NCBI GenBank assembly: GCA_963769935.1
Contig: CAVYNY010000010.1
Coordinates: 480,001-544,000, forward strand
From: an uncultured delta proteobacterium
GTDB taxonomy: Bacteria; Desulfobacterota; Desulfobacteria; Desulfobacterales; JAFDCJ01
DNA: 64,000 nucleotides
Reading direction: 5' to 3'
This document shows positions 19,757 through 31,579 of the stretch, piece after piece (position 1 is the first letter of the stretch; every line of letters begins with the position of its first letter). The position numbers and the translations under genes were made by a program. Below the pieces are notes generated by a model. It did not search any database. It was not told the origin of the DNA and was given only the letters and a program-made list of their open reading frames with translations.

Positions 19757-20572
19757 ATGAAAAAGAATTCTATTTTGCGTTTACTTGGTATCATTGCTCT
19801 GCTGATCGCAGCCGGAATGCTGCTCCACACGCCGGCCGTTGCCAGCGATTTACTGCGTTACAGCAGCTCGGCCCAGGTCCGCGAAGCCTTCGGCATGGAA
19901 GGTTTAAATGCTTTCAAGGAGGAAAGCGGGGTGGATCTGGATTTGTGGATCGGCTCATCGGGTTCCGCGGTCCATCGGCTGATGAACGGGATCGCCGACA
20001 TCGCCAGCACGGTGGAGAGGCTTGAATTCAGCGCTCAGGATTACGGCTATGTCGAGATTCCGTTCTGCAAAGCGCCGCTGATCGTCATCACCAATGCCAA
20101 AACGCCGGTTCGCAATGTCTCCAGCGATCAGCTGCGTTCAATATTCAACGGCAGCATCGCCAACTGGAAGGAACTGGGAGGTCCCGACCAGAAGATTATT
20201 GTGGTGGCTCCGGACAGAAATACCGGTGCTTTCAAGAACTTCAGACAACTGGCCCTGAAACGCTTTGATGTCAGGTACGATTTTATGGCCTACCGGTCCA
20301 CGGATGTCGTCACACTGGTGCACCGCATTCCCTGGAGCATATCCTTTATCTCCCAGGGTTCCGATACCGTGGATGAAGCCATCCGGACAATTCAAATCGA
20401 CGGGAAATCTCCGGCCGATTCTGATTATCCCTATCATCAGATATTTTCTTTTGTCACCAAGGGGCAGCCCACCGGGGCGGCACAAAAGCTCGTCGATTTT
20501 GTCTTCTCCGAGAAGATGCAGTCAATAATGATGAAATTCGGCCTGCAACCGTTGCCTCGCCCGGCACAATAA
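19757..20572 (+). CDS. Periplasmic substrate-binding protein (PstS/PBP-like), with no cognate ABC genes
   Basis: Signal peptide; GSSGSAV..LMNGIADIA, IFNGSIANWKELGGPD, YPY motifs. Confidence 0.75.
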   Translation: MKKNSILRLLGIIALLIAAGMLLHTPAVASDLLRYSSSAQVREAFGMEGLNAFKEESGVDLDLWIGSSGSAVHRLMNGIADIASTVERLEFSAQDYGYVEIPFCKAPLIVITNAKTPVRNVSSDQLRSIFNGSIANWKELGGPDQKIIVVAPDRNTGAFKNFRQLALKRFDVRYDFMAYRSTDVVTLVHRIPWSISFISQGSDTVDEAIRTIQIDGKSPADSDYPYHQIFSFVTKGQPTGAAQKLVDFVFSEKMQSIMMKFGLQPLPRPAQ

Positions 20573-20663
20573 ATGGGAAAACGACGGCAGGGGCAATCCG
20601 GGGACCGGCTTGCCCCTGCAGGTCAGCGGATTGTCCTCCGGAAAATCAGGGATCTTAAAAACA

Positions 20664-21062
20664 ATGAATAAACCACTTACAATTTTGGTCGCAGATCGCA
20701 ACTCCCACGTGCGGGAATTTCTGCAGAGAGAGCTAAAAGCGGAAGGCTACGATATCCGGTTGGCTAAATGCGGCCCGGAGGTCCTTAAATGGGCCTACCT
20801 TTTGCAATTCCTTGACCTTATCATTCTTGACCTGGATTTGCCCGACTTGGACGAACAGGCATTATTCAGCAAACTTCAGGACCGCATTCCGGTATTGCCG
20901 ATCGTGATCCATTCTTTTCAGTCGGATGGCGCGAAACGTTCCGTCAACTACGAAAATGCGGTTTTCGTAGAAAAAAGAGGAAACAGCATCGAAAAACTGA
21001 AAAAGGTGGTCAGCGAGCTCCTTGCGTACCGGGCAGCCAGCCAACCGTCAACAGCTAAATGA
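20664..21062 (+). CDS. Stand-alone receiver domain, atypical acidic pocket
   Basis: ILVADRN...LIILDLDLPD...FVEK. Confidence 0.8.
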   Translation: MNKPLTILVADRNSHVREFLQRELKAEGYDIRLAKCGPEVLKWAYLLQFLDLIILDLDLPDLDEQALFSKLQDRIPVLPIVIHSFQSDGAKRSVNYENAVFVEKRGNSIEKLKKVVSELLAYRAASQPSTAK

Positions 21063-23192
21063 CAGACACTTCCAGACCGAAACTTGCCAAGCGTATTGCC
21101 GTGTCCGTCGGTGCCGGAGGTATCCTTTTTCTGATTGCCGGGGCGCTGCTCGGTCTCTGGACCATTCAGGAAATGAAAAAAATCGTGACCGGCCAGTTCA
21201 ATCAGGAGCAGCTGGTCATCGCCCGCACGGTCAAGCAGCGCATCGAAAGAGAGATCAAATTTTTGGCAAAAGAGATCTCGTTGCTGGCGGGGAATATCTC
21301 AGCCGAGCCGTTGGCGCCGGAAAACGGCAATGAGCGCATCCAGCAGAGTTTCGCCCGGGTTCTGGAAAGCGGTGTTTGGAAGATTGAAATAATCGATCCG
21401 GCCGGCGGCCGCCGGCATATATTTATGCCCCATCGGCACTGGACCGCACAGCCCCCGGCCGAGATCGACCCCGATGATATCCCGCTGCCGCAGGGCCTCA
21501 CGACCGGAACGGTTTATATTTCTCCGGTCCGGATCAACGCATCCGGATCGGCGCTGGTCCTGGCGGCACCTTTATCCGCTGAACCCGTCCGGTATCTGGT
21601 TTTTCACATCAACGTTTCATGGCTGCTGGCCCCCTTTTTAAGGGAAATACGTTCCGGCCGAACCGGCTATGTCTGGCTGATCGATCAAACCGGCCGTTTT
21701 CTCTTTCATCCGGACGCCGGTTTCATCGGGAAAAATGCATTTACCGTACGCCGGCAAAAGTATCCGGATGTATCCTTTGTGAAGATCAATTTCATTCAGA
21801 AGGAAAAAATGCTCACCGGCAACGAAGGTACCGGCTGGTATGACTCGGGATGGCACCGGGGCATTACCGGCCCGATTAGAAAGTTGATTGCCTATTGTCC
21901 GGTGGTCATCTGTGAAAAGCCGGCTCAAACGTGGTCGGTGGCGGTGGTCGCACCGGTTTCGGAGATCGAGGGCGCCCTGCGAAAAAGTTCCCTGCAGTTG
22001 TTTATGCTGCAGGGATTGGTGATTGTCTTCATTGTGTCGGGCAGTGCCGCCCTGCTATGGTTTGAGATCCGCTGGTCGCGCCTGCTGGAAAAAAAAGTAT
22101 CCCAGCGTACCGAAGAGTTGAAAAAATCGGAGGAAAAATACCGCTCGCTGGTGGAAAGCGCCGAAGATTTCATTTTTACCGTTGACAACGGCGGTCAATT
22201 TCAATCCATGAACAGTTTTACCGCCAATTTCTTCGGCGGGCATCCGGATGACTTTGTCGGCAAACCTCTGGCGGGTGCATTTTCCGAAAAGATAGCCCAA
22301 AAGCAGCTTAAACTGATCCGCCTGGTGTATCAACACGGCAAGAGTGTCCGGGAAGAATTCGAGATCCAGCTGGAAGACCACCCTATCTGGATCAGCGCCA
22401 ATTTCATGCCCATCAAGAATGACCTCGGAGAAGTCGGTTCGGTTTTATGTATTGCCAGGGACGTCACCGAAAACAAAAATCTGGAAAGACAGCTGGTGAA
22501 TACCGAAAAACTCGCCTCGCTGGGGACGCTGGCCGCCGGGGTTGCCCATGAAGTCAACAATCCTCTGGGGGTGATCCTGGGCTTTACCGATATCTTGATC
22601 CGCAAAGCAGATAAAGACTCGCAGGACTATGAAGACCTTAAGATAATTGAACGGCAGGGATATCACTGCAAGGAGGTGGTCGAAAACCTGTTGAGTTTTG
22701 CCCGCCTGGAAGGAGGCAGCCTGGGACATGCCGATGTCAACGCGTGTCTGGAGGAAATCATCAAAATTGTCCGGCATGTTCTGGAAATGAACCGCATCGA
22801 GCTCGTCGCGCGCCTGCCCGGAGACTTGCCGCCGGCCAGAGCAGATGCGCGCCAGCTGCAGCAGGTGTTTTTAAACCTGATCAACAATGCCGTCGCCGCC
22901 ATGCCGGACGGCGGCACATTGACGATTCAAAACCGCCTTGAAAAAAAACAGCGCAAGAATTGCGGTTCAATTCCGGGATACCGGCTGCGGCATAAAACCG
23001 GCGGATATCGATCACATTTTCGAACCGTTTTTTACCACCAAACCGGAAGGACAGGGAACCGGTTTGGGATTATTCGTCAGCTATGGCATCATCGCCAAAT
23101 ATGGCGGCACCATCGACTGCTACAGCCGCCATAGCGACAACCCGGGCCGACCCTCCGGAACGACGTTTACCGTCAGACTGGTCCCGGTTTGA
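21059..23192 (+). CDS. Cache-PAS sensor histidine kinase (one frameshift at the A8 run 22941-22948)
   Basis: TM-Cache-TM, PAS, AHEVNNPL, N box; G1/F/G2 boxes (DTGCGI, FEPFFTTK, GTGLGL) continue in ORF 22938-23192. Confidence 0.88.
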
Positions 23193-23270
23193 CTGTGACT
23201 AAGTGCTCTTATTTGTGACTAAGTGCTCTATTGATGACGATTACGGTTACATACTGCCGGCAATAATTTT

Positions 23271-23380
23271 TTCACCGCAGAGGCGCGAAGGACGCAGAGG
23301 GAGGCTATATTTTATTTGCCGTTGAGAGGACGGCAAATAAAAAGAAAAGTTCTCTCTGCGATCTTTGCGCCTCGGCGGTA
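23271..23380. repeat. Palindromic intergenic element (CACCGCAGAG family)
   Basis: accgcagaggcgcgaag...ctttgcgcctcggcggt with an inner tttatttgccgt/acggcaaataaa stem; related ends near 31504, 34310 and 34475. Confidence 0.7.
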
Positions 23381-23546
23381 AGATTTGTATCTTTGGTGAA
23401 ATCAAAATTTCTTTAGGACATCCATTGATTATACGTAACTGTATCTATGAAACTATGACTAAGTCTCTTTACTTGTTTTGGCCCTTTTCAAAGTGGGCTT
23501 TCCGAGACTTCCTGTTCTGCGGGAGGCGAACTTACAGGAGCAATAG

Positions 23547-24973
23547 ATGAACGGCAGCATTTTAATCGTCGACGACGAAAAAGACATGCTGATTCTTTTG
23601 AAGCGGATTCTCTCTGAAGAAACGCCTTACAAACTGGTCACCGAGAGCGATCCGCGGCAGGCCCTGGAGCGGGTCCGGCAGCGCCATTTCGATGTGGTGC
23701 TCACCGATCTTAAAATGCCGGAAATGGACGGCATTCGGCTGCTGGAGGCGTGCAAGAAAATCAGACCCGAGATTTCGGTAATTATTCTGACCGCCTATGC
23801 CACGATCGAAAATGCGGTGGAAGCCATTAAAAAAGGCGCGCATGATTATATCACCAAACCGTTCCGCCGCGAACGCGTGCTTTTGACCCTTGACAAAGCC
23901 ATGAAATGGCAGGCCATGGTCGACGAGAACCGAACGCTGCGCCAGGCGCTGGCTGAAAGAAACGGGTTTGCATCCCTGGTGGGGTCGACGCCGGTGATGC
24001 AGAATATTTTCGAGCGGATCCATCAGGTCGCGCCCACCATGGGAACCGTGTTGATCACCGGCCCCAGCGGCACCGGCAAGGAACTGGTCGCCCGTGCCAT
24101 TCATCAGCACAGTTTGAGAAGCAAAAAAAAACTGGTTACCGTAAACTGTACCGCCATCCCGGAGCAGGTATTGGAAAGCGAACTTTTCGGCCATGTGAAA
24201 GGGGCCTTTACCGGGGCCTGGCAGGATAAAAAGGGCCTGGTTGAAACGGCGCATGAAGGAACGCTTTTCCTGGACGAAATCGGCGATCTCAGCCTCCAGA
24301 TGCAAACCAAGCTGCTGCGGCTGCTGCAGGAAGGCGAATACAAGCCGGTCGGCGGCGTCACCACCCGGCAGGCCGATCTGCGTTTCATCGCCGCCACCAA
24401 TCATGATTTGAAAGCCGACATCAGGGGGAACCGTTTCCGCGAAGATCTGTACTACCGGCTGAACGTCATCCGATTTGACCTGCCGTCCCTCAAGGAGCGG
24501 CAGCAGGACATCCCGCTGCTGGCCTATCATTTCCTGGAAAAATACGCCCGCCGCAACCAGAAAAATATCCCGTATATTTCACCGGAGGCCATGCAGATTC
24601 TCATATCACAGGAATACCCCGGCAACGTCAGGGAGCTGGAAAACACCATCGAACGCGGCGTCATCTTTTGCCGGTCGGATACCCTGAAAGTCAACGATCT
24701 TCAGCTGGAATACGACCGCAACGAGATTCCGGCGGAATTCAATGAAGACATCACCCAGCTGCCCTTTAGAGAAGCCAAGGATAAAATGACTGACATTTTT
24801 CATCGACTCTATATCCGGAGCCTTCTCTCAAAAAATGCCGGCAATATCAGCAAAGCGGCCGATATTGCCGGAATTCAACGCCAGTATCTTCATCGCCTCA
24901 TGAAGGAGACGGGCATCCGGGCCGAGGATTTCAGGCCCACCGACTATGTTCCATTTCACGGTACCGACATTAA
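23547..24973 (+). CDS. Sigma54-dependent response regulator (NtrC-type REC-AAA-HTH)
   Basis: REC, GPSGTGKE, ESELFGH, GAFTGA, FLDEIG, YPGNVREL, Fis-type HTH; real end estimated at ~24973-24996, annotated ORF reads through to 25550. Confidence 0.9.
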
Positions 24974-26012
24974 AGGCATACTGCAGGATCACATAGATCA
25001 AATAGATCCCGAAGAGCCAACAGCCCTGCCACCTCTTAAACCGGCCGTCCCGGTTGATGAATATAAACAGCCGGAAGGAATAAAGAATGAGGAGCATGGT
25101 TGGAAAGTGGAACTCATAGAAGTTGGGCGGCACCGCCAGGGGCCTGGCCGCGGCTGCGGCACCGATGACGAAAAGACAGTTCAGTACATCCGCCCCCACC
25201 ACATTGCCCACCATGATTTCCGGATGCTTTTTGCGCACGGCGGCAATGGCCGTCATCAGTTCGGGCAGCGATGTACCCAACGCCACCATGGTGGCCGCGA
25301 TGACGTCATCGGGCACCCCCATCCGGCAAGCAATCTCGCCCGCGCTGGGAACCAGGACCCGGGCCCCGCCGACGACCAGCACCAGTCCTCCGCCCAGCAT
25401 CAGCCAGCACTTTCCCAAACCCAGCATCTCGGAATCGTCCTCTTCCTCGCCGGCCAGGGCCAAATCCGCTCCCTGCTTTGCCCAAATATAGGTGATGTAC
25501 ATGTAGCCGGCCAGCAGGCACAGGAGCAACACCCCAACCCAACGCTGTAAAACCGGCTCGCCTTGCGTGCCGGCCAGGGCAAGCACCGCGATGACGACCA
25601 GCAGGGTCGCCGCCCCTACCTGGACCCACCCCGTTCGATTGAGAATAAAGCGGTTGACCGGCACGGTTGCCAACATACATGTCAAGCCGAAAATCAAGCC
25701 TGTGTCGGCAATGATAGACCCGACCCCGTTGCCCAACGCCAGCCCCGGGTCGCCCATCCAGGCCGCCATGACCGAAACGACGGCCTCCGGCATGGTCGTA
25801 CCGAGTGAAATAATCGTGGCCCCGATAACGATGCGGGGCAGTCCGGTTCGACGGGCCAGTTGAACGACACCGTCAATCATCCAGTCGGCGCCTTTGGACA
25901 ACAGCAAAATACAGAAAGCAATTACGGCCACCAAAAGAATGATGGGCAATCCCTGCACAAGTTCGCTCAAATATCTTTCATCTCCGATCCAACGCAGCAC
26001 TTCTCCTAACAT
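24931..26012 (-). CDS. Calcium/sodium antiporter (YrbG/CaCA family)
   Basis: Two alpha repeats GATIISLGTTMPE and ATMVALGTSLPE, GNGVGS/GNVVGA; 3' end uncertain (ORF runs to 24828). Confidence 0.9.
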
Positions 26013-26088
26013 CCGCATTCCTCCCGATTTTGAGTTTTGACGCCCGCTAAAGGCGCCGGCAATAACGCGCCGGAGTGTTGGAGTACTT

Positions 26089-26307
26089 TCACTTTTTGGC
26101 CTCTCGCAACCCCATTTCCTGGAAAGCATCCGCAAGCCGAATCACACCGACCGGTCTGGCCCCCCGGGTAACGGCGATGCACTTTAGGTTGAATGTCACC
26201 ATCAGCTCGATCGCCCGGGTAATTCTTTCCTCCGTCGTCACCGATGGATGAAGCGGCACGCCGTCCTGGAAAGGCTGGATTATGGCGGTAACCGTCCGTG
26301 TTTTCAT
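26089..26307 (-). CDS. Small CBS-domain protein
   Basis: SVTTEERITRAIELMV...IAV...PVGVIRLAD. Confidence 0.7.
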   Translation of the reverse strand: MKTRTVTAIIQPFQDGVPLHPSVTTEERITRAIELMVTFNLKCIAVTRGARPVGVIRLADAFQEMGLREAKK

Positions 26308-26340
26308 GGCCCTGAATTCCCTGGTCTTTATTCGAAATTA

Positions 26341-26356
26341 AGCAAGGTGTGTGCCA
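26341..26356 (-). promoter_or_regulatory. Sigma54 promoter for the CBS-antiporter unit
   Basis: TGGCAC-acacc-TTGCT on the minus strand, 34 nt before the ATG. Confidence 0.78.
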
Positions 26357-26613
26357 GCCCGGCCGCCAATGAGGCCAATCCTGCGGCGACCGGCGAGCAC
26401 CCCGGCCGCCGAACCATTTTCCGGCAGGGGCGCTTCCAAATCGGATCGTCAGCTTACCGTCTGAAATAAAACGATATAACACCAATCTCTATCCGGACCC
26501 TCATTGCCGCCCGGCAGATGAATCCGGCCGCCAAAGGTTGCCGGTCGCCGCCGAAAGTTGGACGGTCGTTTTCCTGGAAGCTGTCATCCAAAAATTTCAC
26601 GCCCGAGCAATTG

Positions 26614-26632
26614 TGTCACTTGGCAGTTGACA
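26614..26632. promoter_or_regulatory. Putative enhancer, class B
   Basis: TGTCAC-N7-TTGACA; similar to TGTAAC-N7-TTGACA at 34049-34067. Confidence 0.45.
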
Positions 26633-26762
26633 GGTTTAGCTGCAATTCATCCGGTCCGTCTTGAGGCGGCAGCTGAATCTGAGAAAGAAATCGATGGAAT
26701 TCAGCGTCCTTCCACGAGGTTAGAGGCTCCATGGTTTCATCCGGCGGCTTCCGACAACGCTT

Positions 26763-26778
26763 TGGCACACATCTTGAT
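26763..26778 (+). promoter_or_regulatory. Sigma54 promoter (variant -12) for TSUP
   Basis: TGGCAC-acatc-TTGAT. Confidence 0.6.
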
Positions 26779-26889
26779 TAGTAGAACCGGTAAAGACGAA
26801 TCATCGACAGACGGAGTCCAATCGCTGTTCGGATGTGCAAATTCATAAAAAGCGTGAAACCATTAAACCCGATAGAGGAGGCAAACACT

Positions 26890-27930
26890 ATGACAGAAGA
26901 AGTCAAAACCAAAGGTTGGGAGGTAGCCCGGGATCTGGAGGCGAAAAAATCAACCATGTGGGAACGGTTTATGCCGGGGAAAAGACAGCTGATCGCTGCC
27001 GCCTGGGGATTTTCGGCCCTTTTCGCGGTATTTTTGCTGGGGTGCTGGCTGGCCGGCAATCCGTTTGAAGCCACCAAGCGGATTGCTTCGCCATTTGTCG
27101 AAAAAATGGGCTGGATTGGCACCAATGAATGGGGCATTCTCTGGAGCGTGGTATTGGTTGCCATGTTCTTTGAGTTTATGGATGCTTCGGCCGGTATGGG
27201 ATTTGGCACGGCCATCACGCCGCTGCTGCTGCTGATGGGATTTAACCCCAAGCAAATTGTGCCGGTGGTCATGATCCAGCAGGGCGTGGCGGGTCTGGTG
27301 GGGGCCTTTTTGCATCGCGAGTTTGAAAACGTGGAATGGAAGTTCAGTCCCATGTCGGAAACTATCAAACTGTGGCTGTACATCGCCATAACCGGCTGTG
27401 CGTCGGTAGCCCTTTCCATCACCGCCGTCTACGGCATATTTAACGTGGCCAAGATTTGGATCAAACTCTACGTGGCCGTACTGCTGGTGATGATGGGGGT
27501 CGTCTCGCTTTACCAATCGAAAAAAGACCGTCCATATAAGCCCAAAATGATGATCGGCTTTGCGGCCCTGGCAGGCTTTAACAAAGGCGTGGGCGGCGGC
27601 GGCTACGGCCCGGTAGTAACCGTCGGCGGCTTGATTGCCGGCGTGCCGGTCAAAAGCATGCTGGCCGTCACGGCCATATCGGAAGGCACCACCAGCACCT
27701 TCTCGGTCCTGGTCTGGCTGGCGCTGCTGACTAGTGGAGTGACCATCGACTATCTGCTGCTGCCGTCGATGATGCTGGCCACCATGTTCACGGCCGTGGC
27801 CGCTCCCTACACCACCCGGGTTTTTCCCGAAAAGGCCTGGAAGTTTATCGTACCGGTATACTGCTGCATTCTCGCCGCCTACACGTTTTACAAGGTCATA
27901 CCCGACATTGTCTCGAAGCTCGCCGGATGA
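26890..27930 (+). CDS. TSUP (TauE/SafE) family transporter
   Basis: DASAGMGFGTAITPLL and FNKGVGGGGYGPVV repeats, multiple TMs; RBS gaggag. Confidence 0.88.
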   Translation: MTEEVKTKGWEVARDLEAKKSTMWERFMPGKRQLIAAAWGFSALFAVFLLGCWLAGNPFEATKRIASPFVEKMGWIGTNEWGILWSVVLVAMFFEFMDASAGMGFGTAITPLLLLMGFNPKQIVPVVMIQQGVAGLVGAFLHREFENVEWKFSPMSETIKLWLYIAITGCASVALSITAVYGIFNVAKIWIKLYVAVLLVMMGVVSLYQSKKDRPYKPKMMIGFAALAGFNKGVGGGGYGPVVTVGGLIAGVPVKSMLAVTAISEGTTSTFSVLVWLALLTSGVTIDYLLLPSMMLATMFTAVAAPYTTRVFPEKAWKFIVPVYCCILAAYTFYKVIPDIVSKLAG

Positions 27931-28041
27931 TCGAAAACATCCGACGCTCACCGGGTAGCTCCTTGGACCGGGGCTGCGGAAAATTCCGCCGCCCCGGTTA
28001 CGCCGGTTTATGAACGACAACAGATAGACGGGAGATCGATT

Positions 28042-28581
28042 ATGACCATTCAACAAACATCTGCAGCACTTTACTCCGGTGGGCAAACCTATCGGCGTAC
28101 CTACGGTCAACAGCGATTGGTTCATTTCGGCATCACCATGATCGTTATGGGTGTCTGTTTCTTTTTGTATTACCTGGGTTTTTTCGGCGGGGTGGACGGC
28201 CCCCTGAATCCGGCGCAATTGGGTGAACATCTGTCGGCTTCAGGCGTGTCCAGGGTGCACCTCATCATCGTGACTGCCGTTTTGATGCTTCTCTCCCTGG
28301 GCTGGAATTGGATCTTCAACCTGGCCTGTCTCCGGCTCGGCAGGCGCTTGACCTGCAGCCGGGCTGACGGACAAGGCGGTATCTGCGGCGGACCAGTCAG
28401 ACGGCAGGCGGCGGTACCGCAGGCAAAAAACAGCAATCGTAGCCTGCGCTATGTATGCACCCACGGTCACACGCTGCCGAAGGCCCACTTCCACCCAATT
28501 AAAAAAGGCACCATCAGCCATATGCTCTGGGTGACATCGCTGATATTTACCGTCGTTGTTTTGTACGCGTCCTATTTCTAA
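28042..28581 (+). CDS. Hypothetical membrane protein with Cys/His cluster
   Basis: 3 hydrophobic segments; LTC...ICGG...YVCTHGH...AHFH; RBS ggag. Confidence 0.65.
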   Translation: MTIQQTSAALYSGGQTYRRTYGQQRLVHFGITMIVMGVCFFLYYLGFFGGVDGPLNPAQLGEHLSASGVSRVHLIIVTAVLMLLSLGWNWIFNLACLRLGRRLTCSRADGQGGICGGPVRRQAAVPQAKNSNRSLRYVCTHGHTLPKAHFHPIKKGTISHMLWVTSLIFTVVVLYASYF

Positions 28582-28813
28582 AAGAAGATTTATACAAGAA
28601 ACAGCAGGCGGGATCATTCAATTGAAGTTGTAAGTTTAACAGGCATTGACCTCAATCTAAAAATGACGTCGAATTCAATACCGTATTAGAAGAAAGCATT
28701 GGCGCAAAATCCAGGCCGCCGCTAACCGCGGCTGTTAAACAACCGAAGCGCTGTTGCAGGCCCGTATCAGGCCCTGGAGCCGCCCACAATTTCGCGGCGG
28801 GGAGTAATCGACA

Positions 28814-29657
28814 GTGAACACCAAAGTCCGTGTCCTGCTGGTTGATGATGAGGAGTCCTTTGCAGTGAACCTGAGCCGGCTCCTGCAAAACAGGAACTTT
28901 GAAGTGGTCACCGCCTTCGATGGGTTTCAGGCACTCGAGGCTGTCCGCAGCGCAGACGCCTTCGACGTCGCGGTGCTGGACGTCAAAATGCCCGGCATGG
29001 ACGGCACGGCAACCTTGAAAGCGATTAAAAAACAGTCCCCCCAGACCGAAATCATCATGCTGACCGGCCACGCGACGTTGAAATCCGGCATTCAGGCCAT
29101 CCGGGAAGGTGCCTTCGATTATCTCATGAAACCCTGCGACATCGAAGATCTGGCGACGAAGATACGCGAAGCATATGATGTCGAAACCATCAGACGGCAT
29201 CCGGTACTGTGGCCGCGCAACAAAGTCGAAGAAATCATCTGCTGCGCCTTTGAGCGGTTGGACCCGGATGCCCGGCTGGCGGAGGCGCTGGAGGTTTTTA
29301 AACCGGAAAACGGCACGCGGACGTCGGAAACGGCCTATATCCTGGACAACCAGGACCGGCTGCTGGGGTTCATTACCCGGCGGGATCTGATGGAGGCCGC
29401 CCGGGAAACCGAGCCCGGAATTTTCGTTAACCTGGAACGCCTTGCGTGAAAACCCCCATTGGCTCCCTCCCAAGAGACTGCGGGACGTTATGCACACCCG
29501 GCTTTTCCATTGCCGGCCGGATGAACGCCTCTCGGATGTTGCCTACCAGATGATCACCAAAAGGTATCGAACCATGCCGGTTGTCGATCAGGGCAAGGTT
29601 GTGGGCGTTGTCAGGCTGCAGGATATCTTTCTACACCTGGAGCATGAAATCGAGTAG
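28814..29657 (+). CDS. Receiver + CBS-pair protein (frameshift near 29440)
   Basis: LLVDDEE...LDVKMPG...LTGH...LMKP, then CBS motifs split over ORFs 28814-29449 and 29442-29657. Confidence 0.82.
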
Positions 29658-29763
29658 AACATCCCGGTCCAGCTCTGTGGTGAAAAAATATTACTTCGAA
29701 TACGCCATCATAATTATGAATATGAGTAAGAGTATTAGGTAAGCTGCGGGAGGCCAGGCAGGC

Positions 29764-31456
29764 ATGGATGAATTTCTGAATATACGCTGTCCCAGGAGCG
29801 CTCCGGCGATTTTCCTTATTTTCGCCGCACATGGAATACCGTGGTCGTCACGCTGCTGGCCGCGGCCTTTGTACCGCTGATCATCATCGGCGGCGGCAAT
29901 GTATTCCTATCTCACTTGGGTTATCAAGCAAAAGACTGTTGCCACCCTGCGGGTGGATGCGCTCGATCTCAAGAATGCGGTCGATCAATTTCTGGCGGAA
30001 CGGACCATGGATCTGAAGCTGATATCCGAAAATATCGGGTCTGCGCAGCCTGCGCGATCCGCAGACCCTGCAAAATGTCTTTCACTCCCTGCAGCAGCAG
30101 TTGCCCTGCTATACGGACCTGGGGGTCATCGATGATCAGGGCCGTCATCTGGCCTATGCGGGCCCTTATGATCTTTTAGGGAAAAATTACCGGCAGGCCG
30201 ACTGGTTTGAAATCGCAATGGCCCGCGGCGTATACATCAGCGATGTCTATTTGGGATACCGCAATACCCCCCACTTCGTCATCGCCGTCAAAGCAGGCCG
30301 GCAGTGACGGCGCCTGGCTTCTGCGCGCTACGATCGACACCGATTATTTCCATCGCATGATCGCCGCCATCGCTGAAAAGAGCAATGCCGACGCCTATCT
30401 CGTAAATCGCCGGGGTGTCTATCAGAGCAGGCCCCGTTCGACCGGACAGTTAATGGAGCAGTCCCGGTTTACGGATCTCAAGCCGTTTGAGGGAGTCGCA
30501 TTTCGAGAAGCAAACGATCATCTGTTGATGACCGTCTGGCTGGAAAAGGTCCCCTGGCTGTGTGCCGTCCGGATGGATCGCAAAAATGCCTTCGCCGAGC
30601 TCAGGCGCATTCGTATGATCGGCATCTGGGTCTTCGTGCTGGCAGCCATCCTGATCGTGATGAGCGTGCTGCTGACCACCAACCATCTGGTGTCCCGCCT
30701 GGAAGTCAAACGCCGCAGCATCCGCTTTCTGGACCGCCAGCTGCGCCAGTCCAATCGTCTGGCGTCGGCCATGGAATTGGCCCTCGGATTTTTCCGGGAA
30801 ATAAAAGACGGCCTGGCAAATATCGATGCGGCCGCCATGAACATCCAGGATCTGTGCCGCAGCAATCCGGCGGCGGAAATAACCGAGAGCCTCTCGCAGC
30901 TTCGATCGGAAACGGCCCGCGCCGCAGGTCCATCGATAAATTCCTGCGGTTCACCCGCAGCACCGAACCGATCGTCAAGGCGCTGAATGTAAACGAAGTG
31001 CTCGATGATTTGGTCGAATTGGTGGACAAAGAACTGCGCTTCAACAACATCCGGCTGGTCCGCAACTATGAAGATTCCCTGCCTGCCATCCGCAGCGATC
31101 CTGCCGGCCTGCGCCAGGTCTTTCAGAATCTGATCCTCAATGCCGTGGCCGCCATTCAGACCAACGGCGAAATCTCGCTGACAACCCGGCGACAGGCCGA
31201 CAATGTGGTGGTAGCGGTCGCCGATAGCGGTCCGGGAATCGCCGCGGAGCATCTTGCAAAGATCTTTGAACCGCTGTTTACCACCAAGCCCGGCGGAACG
31301 GGTTTAGGGCTGCCGATCTGCGCCGACATCCTAAAGCGTTTGGGCGGGCGGATTGCCGTGCACAATCCGCCGGAAGGCGGAGCCTGCTTTGTGGTAAGTC
31401 TTCCGATTCAATTCAACCCTCACCCGGATGAATTGGAACCAAAAAGAACAAATTAA
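29764..31456 (+). CDS. Cache sensor kinase-like protein with degenerate H-box (multiple frameshifts)
   Basis: Pieces in ORFs 29841, 29899, 30101, 30207 and 30560 align with paralogues 34832 and 37375 (DLGVID..GRHLAY.GPY, YISDVYLGYR..PHF, LRATID); HATPase boxes intact; start approximate. Confidence 0.75.
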
Positions 31457-31490
31457 TCACGAAAGCACGAAAGGACGAAAACACGAAAAA
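31453..31490. repeat. CACGAAA-type short repeat element
   Basis: ttaatcacgaaagcacgaaag identical to the reverse complement of 43565-43585. Confidence 0.65.
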
Positions 31491-31579
31491 GCAGTAATAT
31501 TTTCCACCGCAGAGGCGCCAGGCTTCGCTAAAGCTAAGACCCGACAAGCAGAGATCGCAAAGAGTGATTATTTTTTATT

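Noticed and set aside
22935..22950. Programmed frameshift or phase variation at the A8 run in the kinase
   Set aside because: Cannot be told apart from the many neighbouring +1 errors, and no stimulatory structure is evident.
24828..25550. 723-nt antisense overlap of the NtrC gene and the Ca/Na antiporter
   Set aside because: Adding or removing one T at 24954-24956 gives both genes nearby stops (NtrC 24973 or 24996; antiporter 24931 or ~24944). A sequencing indel is more likely than real overlapping coding.
26308..26485. 159-aa ORF or frameshifted N-terminus of the CBS protein
   Set aside because: The region contains the sigma54 promoter at 26341-26356 and shows no protein motifs.
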